Origin: a virus
Lineage: Duplodnaviria > Caudoviricetes
DNA length: 31,587 nt
IMG/VR virus record: IMGVR_UViG_3300032328_000042
Coordinates: 1 to 31,587 of that record
Strand: one strand, 5' to 3'
Part shown: in pieces, positions 7,904-14,544 of the stretch
Layout: each line of letters starts with the position of its first letter
Position numbering within the stretch: the stretch's first letter is position 1
The notes under the pieces: model-generated
Database searches by the model: none
Seen by the model: the letters and a program-made list of their open reading frames with translations, nothing else
What the model was told of the DNA's origin: nothing
Translations under genes and position numbers: made by a program

Positions 7904-7932
7904 AAAAAAAGCCGAGGCTGTTACACCTCGGC
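7904..7932 (-). terminator. Rho-independent terminator after SSB
   Basis: GCCGAGG-N8-CCTCGGC followed by a T-run on the minus strand. Confidence 0.8.
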
Positions 7933-7948
7933 GCGTACACACTATAAG

Positions 7949-8554
7949 TTAAAACATTTCGTCATCTTCAATGGCGGCAGCCATCGGCGTCTTGGCAGGC
8001 GTTGGCTTTGGTGCAGGCATTGGTACAGGAGCTGGTGCAGGCATTGGGGCAACAGCTTGTTGCACATACTCTTCATCGCTCTGACCCATGCCGGCAGGCT
8101 TGTCAATCCAACTCACAATGGTGAAGTTGGGAATGCGTGTAGTGCCTTTGCCGATCTTCTCCAACTTAGATCCGGTGTACTCCAGCACAGGCAACTTGCC
8201 TGCATTTGCGGCACGCTGTGCGGCGCACTCGGTGTACATCTTTTCCAGTCCCATGTTCGGACCTACGCCACTTGATGACCACTCACAAGTCCCGATCTCT
8301 TTGTTGTAGAACGTGACGATAAAGCCGCGCTTGTGGTCAGGTGTAGGCTGTGGACCTTTGCGCCCCAACTCTGAGTCGGGTTGCCAGTCGCGGATGCCGA
8401 CACCAAGTTGGAGCCAGCCTGTCTGCACCGCATCGATGTCAAACACGATTTTCTTGAGCTGGATCTCAGCGCCGAGGCTGTTAGTCCAAGCGTTTGCTTG
8501 TGGTGAAAAGCGGATGTAGTTTCCATTACCACCACCAGAGGAGAGATTTAACAT
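7949..8554 (-). CDS. Putative single-stranded DNA-binding protein
   Basis: Beta-rich core, Pro/Ala linker and acidic C-terminal tip IEDDEMF; adjacent to DUF2800. Confidence 0.6.
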   Translation of the reverse strand: MLNLSSGGGNGNYIRFSPQANAWTNSLGAEIQLKKIVFDIDAVQTGWLQLGVGIRDWQPDSELGRKGPQPTPDHKRGFIVTFYNKEIGTCEWSSSGVGPNMGLEKMYTECAAQRAANAGKLPVLEYTGSKLEKIGKGTTRIPNFTIVSWIDKPAGMGQSDEEYVQQAVAPMPAPAPVPMPAPKPTPAKTPMAAAIEDDEMF

Positions 8555-8588
8555 TTTGCGTTTTGCTTTCTAAAGTTCAGGGTTTGCA

Positions 8589-9704
8589 TTATTGACTCAA
8601 GCTGCGGTCTTTTGCCAGCGTGAGTCCACTTGATACCTTGGCCGTCAATGCGTCCAAGATAACTCTTTGTTCCTTTGGTAGCAGTTTCTCTGCCGCCGTA
8701 GGAGAAATTAGTTCAGTCTCAAATATCTGAGAGTCTGTAAGTCCTGCGTCAGTAAGTGCCTGACGCGCTGTAGTTGAGTCAATCCATTTGCGTGATGCGC
8801 GTTTGGGTTGGAGCTGCCAGCCTGGCAGTACGGCGCCAGCTTCCATCTGCTTGGTGGCGTGATCCTTTACCGCCTCAATGAACTTCTCCACCATCGGTGC
8901 GCGGTCCAATATGGCGCCGATCTGTGCAGGCGTGAGCGCCAGCATGACTGCCTTGATGTCCTCTTTGGACATGATGGTGATGTCGGGTTGCGCCGCCACG
9001 ATATCGAACTGCTCTTTCTGTGCAGAGCAAATGTGCTTGGCTGGACACCATTGGCAGGCTGACTCTGATGGGTTGTATGGTGGATCATCACTGATGGCGT
9101 TCTCTACCGCAGGAGCGAGAACTTCAAATCGCCATTTATCTAGTTCTTGGCGAGTCATATGGTGTTTACGCAGCTCACCATGATGCGGTTGAATAATCCA
9201 AAACTCGATATCTGTCGCGTTCAACGTTAGCGATTTAATTGCACCGAGCGCATAGATTTTTAACTGTTCATTATCTTCAGCGTCAACGTAGCCGCGGCCA
9301 GTCTTTAAATCGGCAATGATCAATTTTTGAGTTGTTGGCGAGTATCCGATCACATCAGCAGTGCCAATAAGCGTGTGCGTTGGGCGCTCATACATAGATA
9401 CCCTCTGCTCCACCTTAACGTGACCAACCTCATCTTGAATCGCCCATATCGCCTGCAAATGTTCTAAGGCAAAGGAGCAATTCTCTTCAGTCATTGTGAT
9501 GCCCTCCACCACCTGTCCGACAAACTTCATCGGGTCGGTGTCAAGCTGAAAGCAAGTCTCGGCCAGCGCGTGAATGGCAGTACCGATCTTGGCGGCCTCG
9601 CCACTTTCTTGATAAGGCACAAGCGTTGACAGTCTGGCGCTGGCAGGGCAGGCGATCCAACGTGATGCGGATGACGGCCTAAGTTTTAGAGGTTGTTTTT
9701 TCAT
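8589..9704 (-). CDS. DUF2800 family PD-(D/E)xK (Cas4/RecB-like) nuclease
   Basis: PSSASRWIACPAS, GTAIH, GTAD...IADLKTG, QLKIYALG, CQWCPAKHIC. Confidence 0.88.
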   Translation of the reverse strand: MKKQPLKLRPSSASRWIACPASARLSTLVPYQESGEAAKIGTAIHALAETCFQLDTDPMKFVGQVVEGITMTEENCSFALEHLQAIWAIQDEVGHVKVEQRVSMYERPTHTLIGTADVIGYSPTTQKLIIADLKTGRGYVDAEDNEQLKIYALGAIKSLTLNATDIEFWIIQPHHGELRKHHMTRQELDKWRFEVLAPAVENAISDDPPYNPSESACQWCPAKHICSAQKEQFDIVAAQPDITIMSKEDIKAVMLALTPAQIGAILDRAPMVEKFIEAVKDHATKQMEAGAVLPGWQLQPKRASRKWIDSTTARQALTDAGLTDSQIFETELISPTAAEKLLPKEQRVILDALTAKVSSGLTLAKDRSLSQ

Positions 9705-9901
9705 TTTTCTGTTTGGTTGTTGATCAGTAATGCGTAAGCAATTTGGCGCACCTCATTGCTTACAGAGAATCCCAAGTCCTCGGGATGCACCAAGCGCTTA
9801 AGGAACTCGGTGTTTGCTTTGTTGATTTGGCGCTGGTACTCAAGCTGCGAGCCAAGCCAAACAATGTGTTCTTTAAGTGTGCTTCTTTCTTTTTCATCCA
9901 T
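9701..9901 (-). CDS. Hypothetical protein (66 aa)
   Basis: MDEKERSTLKEH...; ATG overlaps the end of the RuvC-like gene and the stop overlaps the DUF2800 start. Confidence 0.65.
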   Translation of the reverse strand: MDEKERSTLKEHIVWLGSQLEYQRQINKANTEFLKRLVHPEDLGFSVSNEVRQIAYALLINNQTEK

Positions 9902-10376
9902 GACGCAACCCCCAGCAAGCAATAAGCGCAGCGTCAGCCCTGCCATCATCTTTCTTACGTTTGAAATAGTCCACGTTGTATGGGAACAGCTCCATGGCAC
10001 GCGCCCTTGCGCCGTCCTTGCCACCAGTCACGCCCATCGCCTTTTGCCATGTCTGTGGCGTGATCAGTGTGGCCTTGATTGACCTCGCGGCAATGACACC
10101 CTCAATCGCGCCAAGGCTGCGGCCAAAGCTGAAGACGCTGGTAACGCCTTGGCCACTTCGGGCAAACACTTTTTCTATGTACGCCTCATCGGCCTTGAAC
10201 TCATCTAGTATGGTGATCAGCTCGGGGATGCTGATCTGTCGCTTGGCTTTGCCGTTGCGTGTCAGCGTGACTGTGGGCATATCGAAAATGCCTGTGAGAG
10301 TCTCACCCTGCATCATTGCTATGGCGCCATCCAAGCCAACGTCAATGCCAATGATCCTGCGCGGTTTGAATGTCAT
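9894..10376 (-). CDS. RuvC-like Holliday junction resolvase
   Basis: IIGIDVGLDGAIA, YIEKV, FSFGRSLG, PQTWQK, DGRADAALIA. Confidence 0.88.
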   Translation of the reverse strand: MTFKPRRIIGIDVGLDGAIAMMQGETLTGIFDMPTVTLTRNGKAKRQISIPELITILDEFKADEAYIEKVFARSGQGVTSVFSFGRSLGAIEGVIAARSIKATLITPQTWQKAMGVTGGKDGARARAMELFPYNVDYFKRKKDDGRADAALIACWGLRHG

Positions 10377-10612
10377 TTGACGGCGTCCTCCATGGCTTTG
10401 TTGAGGACTGTAAGGCGAGCTGACACCAATGCGTCAGCAGCCTGATCCAAACGCATCACGCTGCCGTATAGTGGCTCTGTGGTCCCCGACATCCAGCGGG
10501 ATACTTGCGCCTGGTCGATCTCTGCGACTCGGCAGACATCGCTCATCTTGTAGCCAGCGCATTCGACTTTGTGCCTTATGGCGTGGAGTGCTTCTTGTGA
10601 AATCGTTTTCAT
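10373..10612 (-). CDS. Cro/XRE-like HTH regulator
   Basis: MSDVCRVAEIDQAQVSRWMSGTTEP HTH; first gene of the replication operon. Confidence 0.8.
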   Translation of the reverse strand: MKTISQEALHAIRHKVECAGYKMSDVCRVAEIDQAQVSRWMSGTTEPLYGSVMRLDQAADALVSARLTVLNKAMEDAVK

Positions 10613-10649
10613 GTGAAGTATGTTAACCTCAATTTGTGGAAAGCGTCAA
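10613..10649 (-). promoter_or_regulatory. Sigma70-like promoter, apparently leaderless, for the replication operon
   Basis: TTGACG-N18-TAACAT-N7-ATG with no SD. Confidence 0.6.
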
Positions 10650-10658
10650 GTGTAAGAG

Positions 10659-10689
10659 AAAAAAAGGGGATCAACTCACGCTGACCCCC
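10659..10689 (-). terminator. Intrinsic terminator with no upstream minus-strand CDS
   Basis: GGGGGTCA-N8-TGATCCCC-TTTTTTT on the minus strand. Confidence 0.6.
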
Positions 10690-10771
10690 AAATAGGCAAC
10701 TGGCGAGGAACTTCCAAAACCGCGCCAATGCTAAGTTTACATGAATAATAGTTGAGTAAATTAAATGGTAA

Positions 10772-10799
10772 TTGATAGTAATATCAAAAGTGATATGAT
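10772..10799 (+). promoter_or_regulatory. Sigma70-like promoter with overlapping operator palindrome
   Basis: TTGATA-N16-TATGAT with extended -10 TGn; ATATCA-AAAG-TGATAT at 10781-10796; AAGGAG RBS before ATG 10831. Confidence 0.6.
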
Positions 10800-10830
10800 T
10801 ATTCTGTCATCAATTAAAGGAGACTTTGAA

Positions 10831-10971
10831 ATGAACTACACCCAGCACCCCTACATGGAGCAGGAAAGACGGCACTTAAACCGCCGCGCTGACTCTGCCC
10901 TTGACTTCCTTGTGGCCATCGCTATCGGCGTTGGCTTTGCCCTGTTACTGGCCGCATGGTGGACATCATGA
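10831..10971 (+). CDS. Small membrane protein (46 aa)
   Basis: Strong RBS; C-terminal hydrophobic helix FLVAIAIGVGFALLLAAWW. Confidence 0.7.
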   Translation: MNYTQHPYMEQERRHLNRRADSALDFLVAIAIGVGFALLLAAWWTS

Positions 10972-11237
10972 ATAAGAAAATGCAAGATGAAATAGACGCC
11001 GAGGTGATGCGATTCATGTCAGCCAACAAGTCAGGCATTCGCGTGCTGGCTCAACATGAGATGGAGGAACTCATCCGCAAGACCATTACCAGCGGCACTG
11101 TGCTTGGCTGGGCGCACGCTGAGAGATTTACCCGAGATCGTATGCAACGCCAAATCGATCAGCTTGACTATGAGATGAAGTGCATACAAGACCGCCTCAA
11201 GGACGCGGAGATGGAACTGCTGGCGGTGCAGAAATGA
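10968..11237 (+). CDS. Hypothetical protein with C-terminal coiled coil
   Basis: ATGA coupling at both ends; heptad pattern. Confidence 0.65.
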   Translation: MNKKMQDEIDAEVMRFMSANKSGIRVLAQHEMEELIRKTITSGTVLGWAHAERFTRDRMQRQIDQLDYEMKCIQDRLKDAEMELLAVQK

Positions 11238-11344
11238 ATCCAATACCTACACCACAACCCCCCAAGCCAACCGATGTGCAGGCCACTTGGCGCCGCTTTG
11301 GCTGGACTCCACCAAGTGAGGCCAAGCCATGCAAACAGCTCTGA
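11234..11344 (+). CDS. Micro-protein (36 aa), TDVQATWRRFGWTPPSE motif
   Basis: Manual translation; ATGA coupling to the upstream gene; below the ORF-track cutoff. Confidence 0.55.
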   Translation: MNPIPTPQPPKPTDVQATWRRFGWTPPSEAKPCKQL

Positions 11345-11436
11345 TCTTTTTCTTAATCGCACTGTTTGGCATGGCTGTGGTGATCATCACGCTGTTTTGT
11401 TTTGTATGGGTACTTTTAAATTTTGAGGTTGACTGA
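11329..11436 (+). CDS. Micro membrane protein (35 aa)
   Basis: MQTALIFFLIALFGMAVVIITLFCFVWVLLNFEVD; GAGG RBS; TGATG coupling downstream. Confidence 0.55.
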   Translation: MQTALIFFLIALFGMAVVIITLFCFVWVLLNFEVD

Positions 11437-11591
11437 TGAAAGAAAAGACAGAGCTGGGACGCGCAGTCAATCTGCGCCTCACCCAATCAGAGTACGCCGA
11501 GTATGTAAGGCTTGGCGGTGTGAAGTGGATGAGAATGCTTCTGCGGTTGAGTGCAGGCATTCAAAAAGAGATTAAGGAAAAGAAGAAATGA
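11436..11591 (+). CDS. Small basic protein, possible ribbon-helix-helix (51 aa)
   Basis: AVNLRLTQSEYAEYVRLGGVKWMR; coupled on both sides. Confidence 0.55.
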   Translation: MKEKTELGRAVNLRLTQSEYAEYVRLGGVKWMRMLLRLSAGIQKEIKEKKK

Positions 11592-11854
11592 CACAAGATG
11601 AAATCATTGAGATGGCTAGACAAGTAGGTTTTAAAGTAAGCGGCGAGTTAGTTCTTGATGATATGGGTTATGTAACCATCCATCATCGTCTTGGTGACTT
11701 TGCCAAACTGGTAGCCGCCAAAGAGCGTGAAGCCTGTGCAAAGGTGTGTGATGAGTTGCCAGCACCTGACATATACAGCGACACAGACAAGTCAATGTGG
11801 GATGTGACTTGCATTGATTGTGCAGATGCTATCAGAGCAAGGGGACAAGCATGA
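11588..11854 (+). CDS. Hypothetical phage protein (EREACAKVC motif)
   Basis: FAKLVAAKEREACAKVCD...CADAIRARG pattern common in phage accessory genes. Confidence 0.75.
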   Translation: MTQDEIIEMARQVGFKVSGELVLDDMGYVTIHHRLGDFAKLVAAKEREACAKVCDELPAPDIYSDTDKSMWDVTCIDCADAIRARGQA

Positions 11855-12039
11855 CTGAGAAGAAGAACGTATTCGACTGGCGCGATGGCACACCATCAAT
11901 TTGGACTCGCGATAAGGAGATGCGCCTACACGCCCAAGGCAAGGCATGGGGGCAGGCAGTGCAGGCTAAGATAGGACTTGAGTCTAAGCAGCAAGTGACT
12001 GTTTACTCTCACGCCAAGCCGAGCAAGCAAAATTCTTAG
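11851..12039 (+). CDS. Hypothetical protein (62 aa)
   Basis: MTEKKNVFDWRDG...; ATGA coupling. Confidence 0.6.
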   Translation: MTEKKNVFDWRDGTPSIWTRDKEMRLHAQGKAWGQAVQAKIGLESKQQVTVYSHAKPSKQNS

Positions 12040-12104
12040 TTGTGTTTGTCACAATTTGTAGATAGGATTTCTCTTGGCGATCGTGCCATAACAAGGGGAA
12101 TTTC

Positions 12105-12386
12105 ATGTACAAACTGGAAATTGAGATTAACGAATATTCGTTTGGTGAAGATGAGTCTGTGACCATAAACACATTCGATATCGAAAAGGTCAACATCATC
12201 GCTAAATTCATTGAGTTTCAGCAGGATCACGGCTGGTGCGTGGACTATGACGTAACTGCTGAATACGCTGCAATGCAGTGCGATGAAGAAGTGGCAGAAG
12301 TTGAAGAAGAAGAAGAAGAAGAAGAGTACGAAATCGGTGATTGGTATTACGCCGAGGACGGCACAGTGTGGGAACGCATTGAGTGA
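12105..12386 (+). CDS. Highly acidic protein (93 aa)
   Basis: AAGGGG RBS; about 31 D/E versus 4 K/R; poly-Glu from (GAA)7GAG at 12303-12326. Confidence 0.75.
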   Translation: MYKLEIEINEYSFGEDESVTINTFDIEKVNIIAKFIEFQQDHGWCVDYDVTAEYAAMQCDEEVAEVEEEEEEEEYEIGDWYYAEDGTVWERIE

Positions 12387-12391
12387 TAGGT

Positions 12392-12416
12392 AAGGGGGCT
12401 AATCACCCCCTTTTTA
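12392..12416. terminator. Intrinsic terminator between convergent genes
   Basis: AAGGGGG-CTAATCA-CCCCCTT-TTT. Confidence 0.7.
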
Positions 12417-12557
12417 TTTGGCCATCATGTACAGGCCGACATTAGAAAATGCATATCCAATAAACGTGACGCCCATCCAAGTCTGACCATTACGAATCTG
12501 ATCAATCCCGATCCATAAATAGATGCACCCCACAAGTGCAATTAGCCAGCTAGACAT
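12414..12557 (-). CDS. Small two-helix membrane protein (47 aa)
   Basis: Manual translation MSSWLIALVGCIYLWIGIDQIRNGQTWMGVTFIGYAFSNVGLYMMAK. Confidence 0.65.
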   Translation of the reverse strand: MSSWLIALVGCIYLWIGIDQIRNGQTWMGVTFIGYAFSNVGLYMMAK

Positions 12558-12762
12558 TTATATCGTGATCAGATTCTATGTCTCTTGCCAGTTGGCGCCA
12601 GTCTAGGCTGCGTGTGTACAAGATGTATATACGCTCATCGCTTAGTGGCTCAGATCGGCGGTTAAGCCTTTCATTAGCCCTTGCCAATTCAAGTTGAGTC
12701 TCATGCAAGATGGTATGCAATTCTTTTATCTCAGACTTGAGATAACTTATCAAATCAGACAT
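12550..12762 (-). CDS. Hypothetical coiled-coil protein (70 aa)
   Basis: MSDLISYLKSEIKEL...; start overlaps the phosphoesterase end. Confidence 0.65.
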   Translation of the reverse strand: MSDLISYLKSEIKELHTILHETQLELARANERLNRRSEPLSDERIYILYTRSLDWRQLARDIESDHDINV

Positions 12763-13720
12763 CGTAAATCTTCCCTCTAAACTGGATTTGGTTTTCGGCA
12801 TACTTAGCCACCAGTTCCGGCCATAGCAACTTGCCATCGTGGAATGTAAGAATGGCAAATCCACTGCGCCAGTTGGTTGGGGACAGTTCTAAGTAATTCT
12901 CAAACTGCGGACCATCAACATCTGCCAGCGTGCCGGTGTCTACCCCATATCTCGTCCCATGATAATCATCGAATGGCGTTACTTTTAAGGAATGTAAGTG
13001 ACCACTTACGAAATTGACCCCAGATTGTAAGGTGTTATTATGGGTGGCATGAATTCCCCCCTTCCAACGGTGTTTAACGATGGTATTTTCAGTAGGCCAG
13101 CATGACCAGCAAGGTGTCCAAGCAGGGAAGTGGTCTTTTAAGCTAAAGCCTTTGACAAACTCATATTGCGGCGCATTGGCAGCTAAACGCGTCTCAAATC
13201 GAGCATCATGATTACCCAATGGGAAAACCAATTGGACATTGTGTCTGGCTTTCTTGGCGGTATCCTCAATCTCGCCCATTGCAATCTCACAGGCTTTTAA
13301 TTCTTGAATTACGCTGGGGGTGGAATCGTAGCCGATCCTTGGGTAGCGGCTAATCGAAGCGCCGTCAAATATGTCACCGTTAGCAATAACAGCCTTGGGC
13401 TGAAACTCTTTGATGGCCCAAAGTAATCCCTTGAATGCGGTGGTGTGAATGCCAGGCCAAAAGTGAGCATCGCTAAAAACAATAACAACGCCATTTTCAA
13501 TACCCAATTCTTTGCGAGCCGAGTTATTGGGCTTGGCGATCATCTTATTCACATTTGATTTTTGATTCAAAGTGATGCCATACCGAGCTTCTAAATTGCT
13601 TTTTCGCCTCAGAATATTTCGCAAGTCCATGCCAATGGCTTTTGCCATTACGCTGCCTGACTCGTGCGTATTCCAAAGCTCGATAAATTCCTGATCGCTA
13701 TAGACTGGTTTTCCGCTCAT
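12755..13720 (-). CDS. Calcineurin-like metallophosphoesterase with N-terminal HTH-like region
   Basis: SDAH, NGDIFD, GNHD, KH and SGHLH motifs. Confidence 0.88.
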   Translation of the reverse strand: MSGKPVYSDQEFIELWNTHESGSVMAKAIGMDLRNILRRKSNLEARYGITLNQKSNVNKMIAKPNNSARKELGIENGVVIVFSDAHFWPGIHTTAFKGLLWAIKEFQPKAVIANGDIFDGASISRYPRIGYDSTPSVIQELKACEIAMGEIEDTAKKARHNVQLVFPLGNHDARFETRLAANAPQYEFVKGFSLKDHFPAWTPCWSCWPTENTIVKHRWKGGIHATHNNTLQSGVNFVSGHLHSLKVTPFDDYHGTRYGVDTGTLADVDGPQFENYLELSPTNWRSGFAILTFHDGKLLWPELVAKYAENQIQFRGKIYDV

Positions 13721-14081
13721 GATGGTCTTTCAGTAAAAGTTTTTCAAGCAAATTGATAACCCTATGCTCGGCCATTTCTCGCTGTTCTTCTGTCGAATTC
13801 CTGTCTGCCGTTGTCTCAATAAGGTCGTGTAAAAGGATATGCAAACACTCATGCAGCGCCGTCATCTCAAGGCTGGCGCTGTTTATCTCCTCACCTCCAA
13901 ATGACCCCAGCCTGTAGCTTGCAAGCCTTGCTGGTGGATCAAACTCGACTGACGCCATTGCATCCTTGGCGATCTTGTTGACTCTCTCTATGCGCCAATC
14001 GCCCAAAGATAGTATTTCCTGCCACTTCATTAAGTAGACATGAAACTCTTTCGCCTGACTAACATCTGGCACGTTTTTCAT
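13698..14081 (-). CDS. Small HExxH zincin-like metallopeptidase
   Basis: ALHECLHILL with downstream Glu (EMAEH); start set at ATG 14081. Confidence 0.65.
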   Translation of the reverse strand: MKNVPDVSQAKEFHVYLMKWQEILSLGDWRIERVNKIAKDAMASVEFDPPARLASYRLGSFGGEEINSASLEMTALHECLHILLHDLIETTADRNSTEEQREMAEHRVINLLEKLLLKDHHERKTSL

Positions 14082-14122
14082 GTAGTGGATTAAGACACAT
14101 ATAAATGACAAAAAAAAGAATA

Positions 14123-14158
14123 TTGACGCTTGACTACATAGTCATTTACAATATTTGA
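14123..14158 (+). promoter_or_regulatory. Leaderless sigma70-like promoter with operator palindrome
   Basis: TTGACG(14123)-N18-TACAAT(14147)-N6-ATG; TGACTA-CA-TAGTCA at 14131-14144. Confidence 0.65.
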
Positions 14159-14539
14159 ATGAAATCTGTTCGCCTACCTCGTATTGTCGCGCTTTTACAG
14201 CGCGTTGGCTGCACCGCGCCGGAGGTGGCCGCCAAGGTGTATTGCACAGAGAGGTCAGCTCAGATACTGATTAATAAGCTGCGCGTGCAGGGTGTAGTAC
14301 ATATACAGGAATGGCGCAGATCAGGCAATGTGATGGTGGCTGTGTATAGGCATGGGATAGGCACTGATGCTGTCAAGCCTAAACCTATGACGGCGCAAGA
14401 GAGGCTCAAACGCTGGCGAGCCAAAGAGTCCTTAGACGATCATGCTTTTCGCATGGCCAAGGAAAGAGCAAAGAAGTGGAAGATTAAGCGCGATCCGCTG
14501 GTGGCTGCTTTTTATGGAAGCAACATACTATTGGATTGA
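14159..14539 (+). CDS. Winged-helix DNA-binding protein
   Basis: TAPEVAAKVYCTERSAQILINKLRVQGVVHI wHTH plus a basic C-terminus. Confidence 0.7.
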   Translation: MKSVRLPRIVALLQRVGCTAPEVAAKVYCTERSAQILINKLRVQGVVHIQEWRRSGNVMVAVYRHGIGTDAVKPKPMTAQERLKRWRAKESLDDHAFRMAKERAKKWKIKRDPLVAAFYGSNILLD

Positions 14540-14544
14540 CTGCA

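Noticed and set aside
7880-7942. N-terminal extension of the MTase ORF given in the track
   Set aside because: It crosses the terminator hairpin; the family motif begins at ATG 7879
8589-9704. Cas4-like nuclease as evidence of CRISPR-Cas
   Set aside because: Stand-alone DUF2800 in a replication operon; no array or other cas genes
12046-14110. Shared TGTCA-N11 promoter motif at about 12048(+) and 14110(-)
   Set aside because: Only two short instances; cannot be distinguished from chance without relatives
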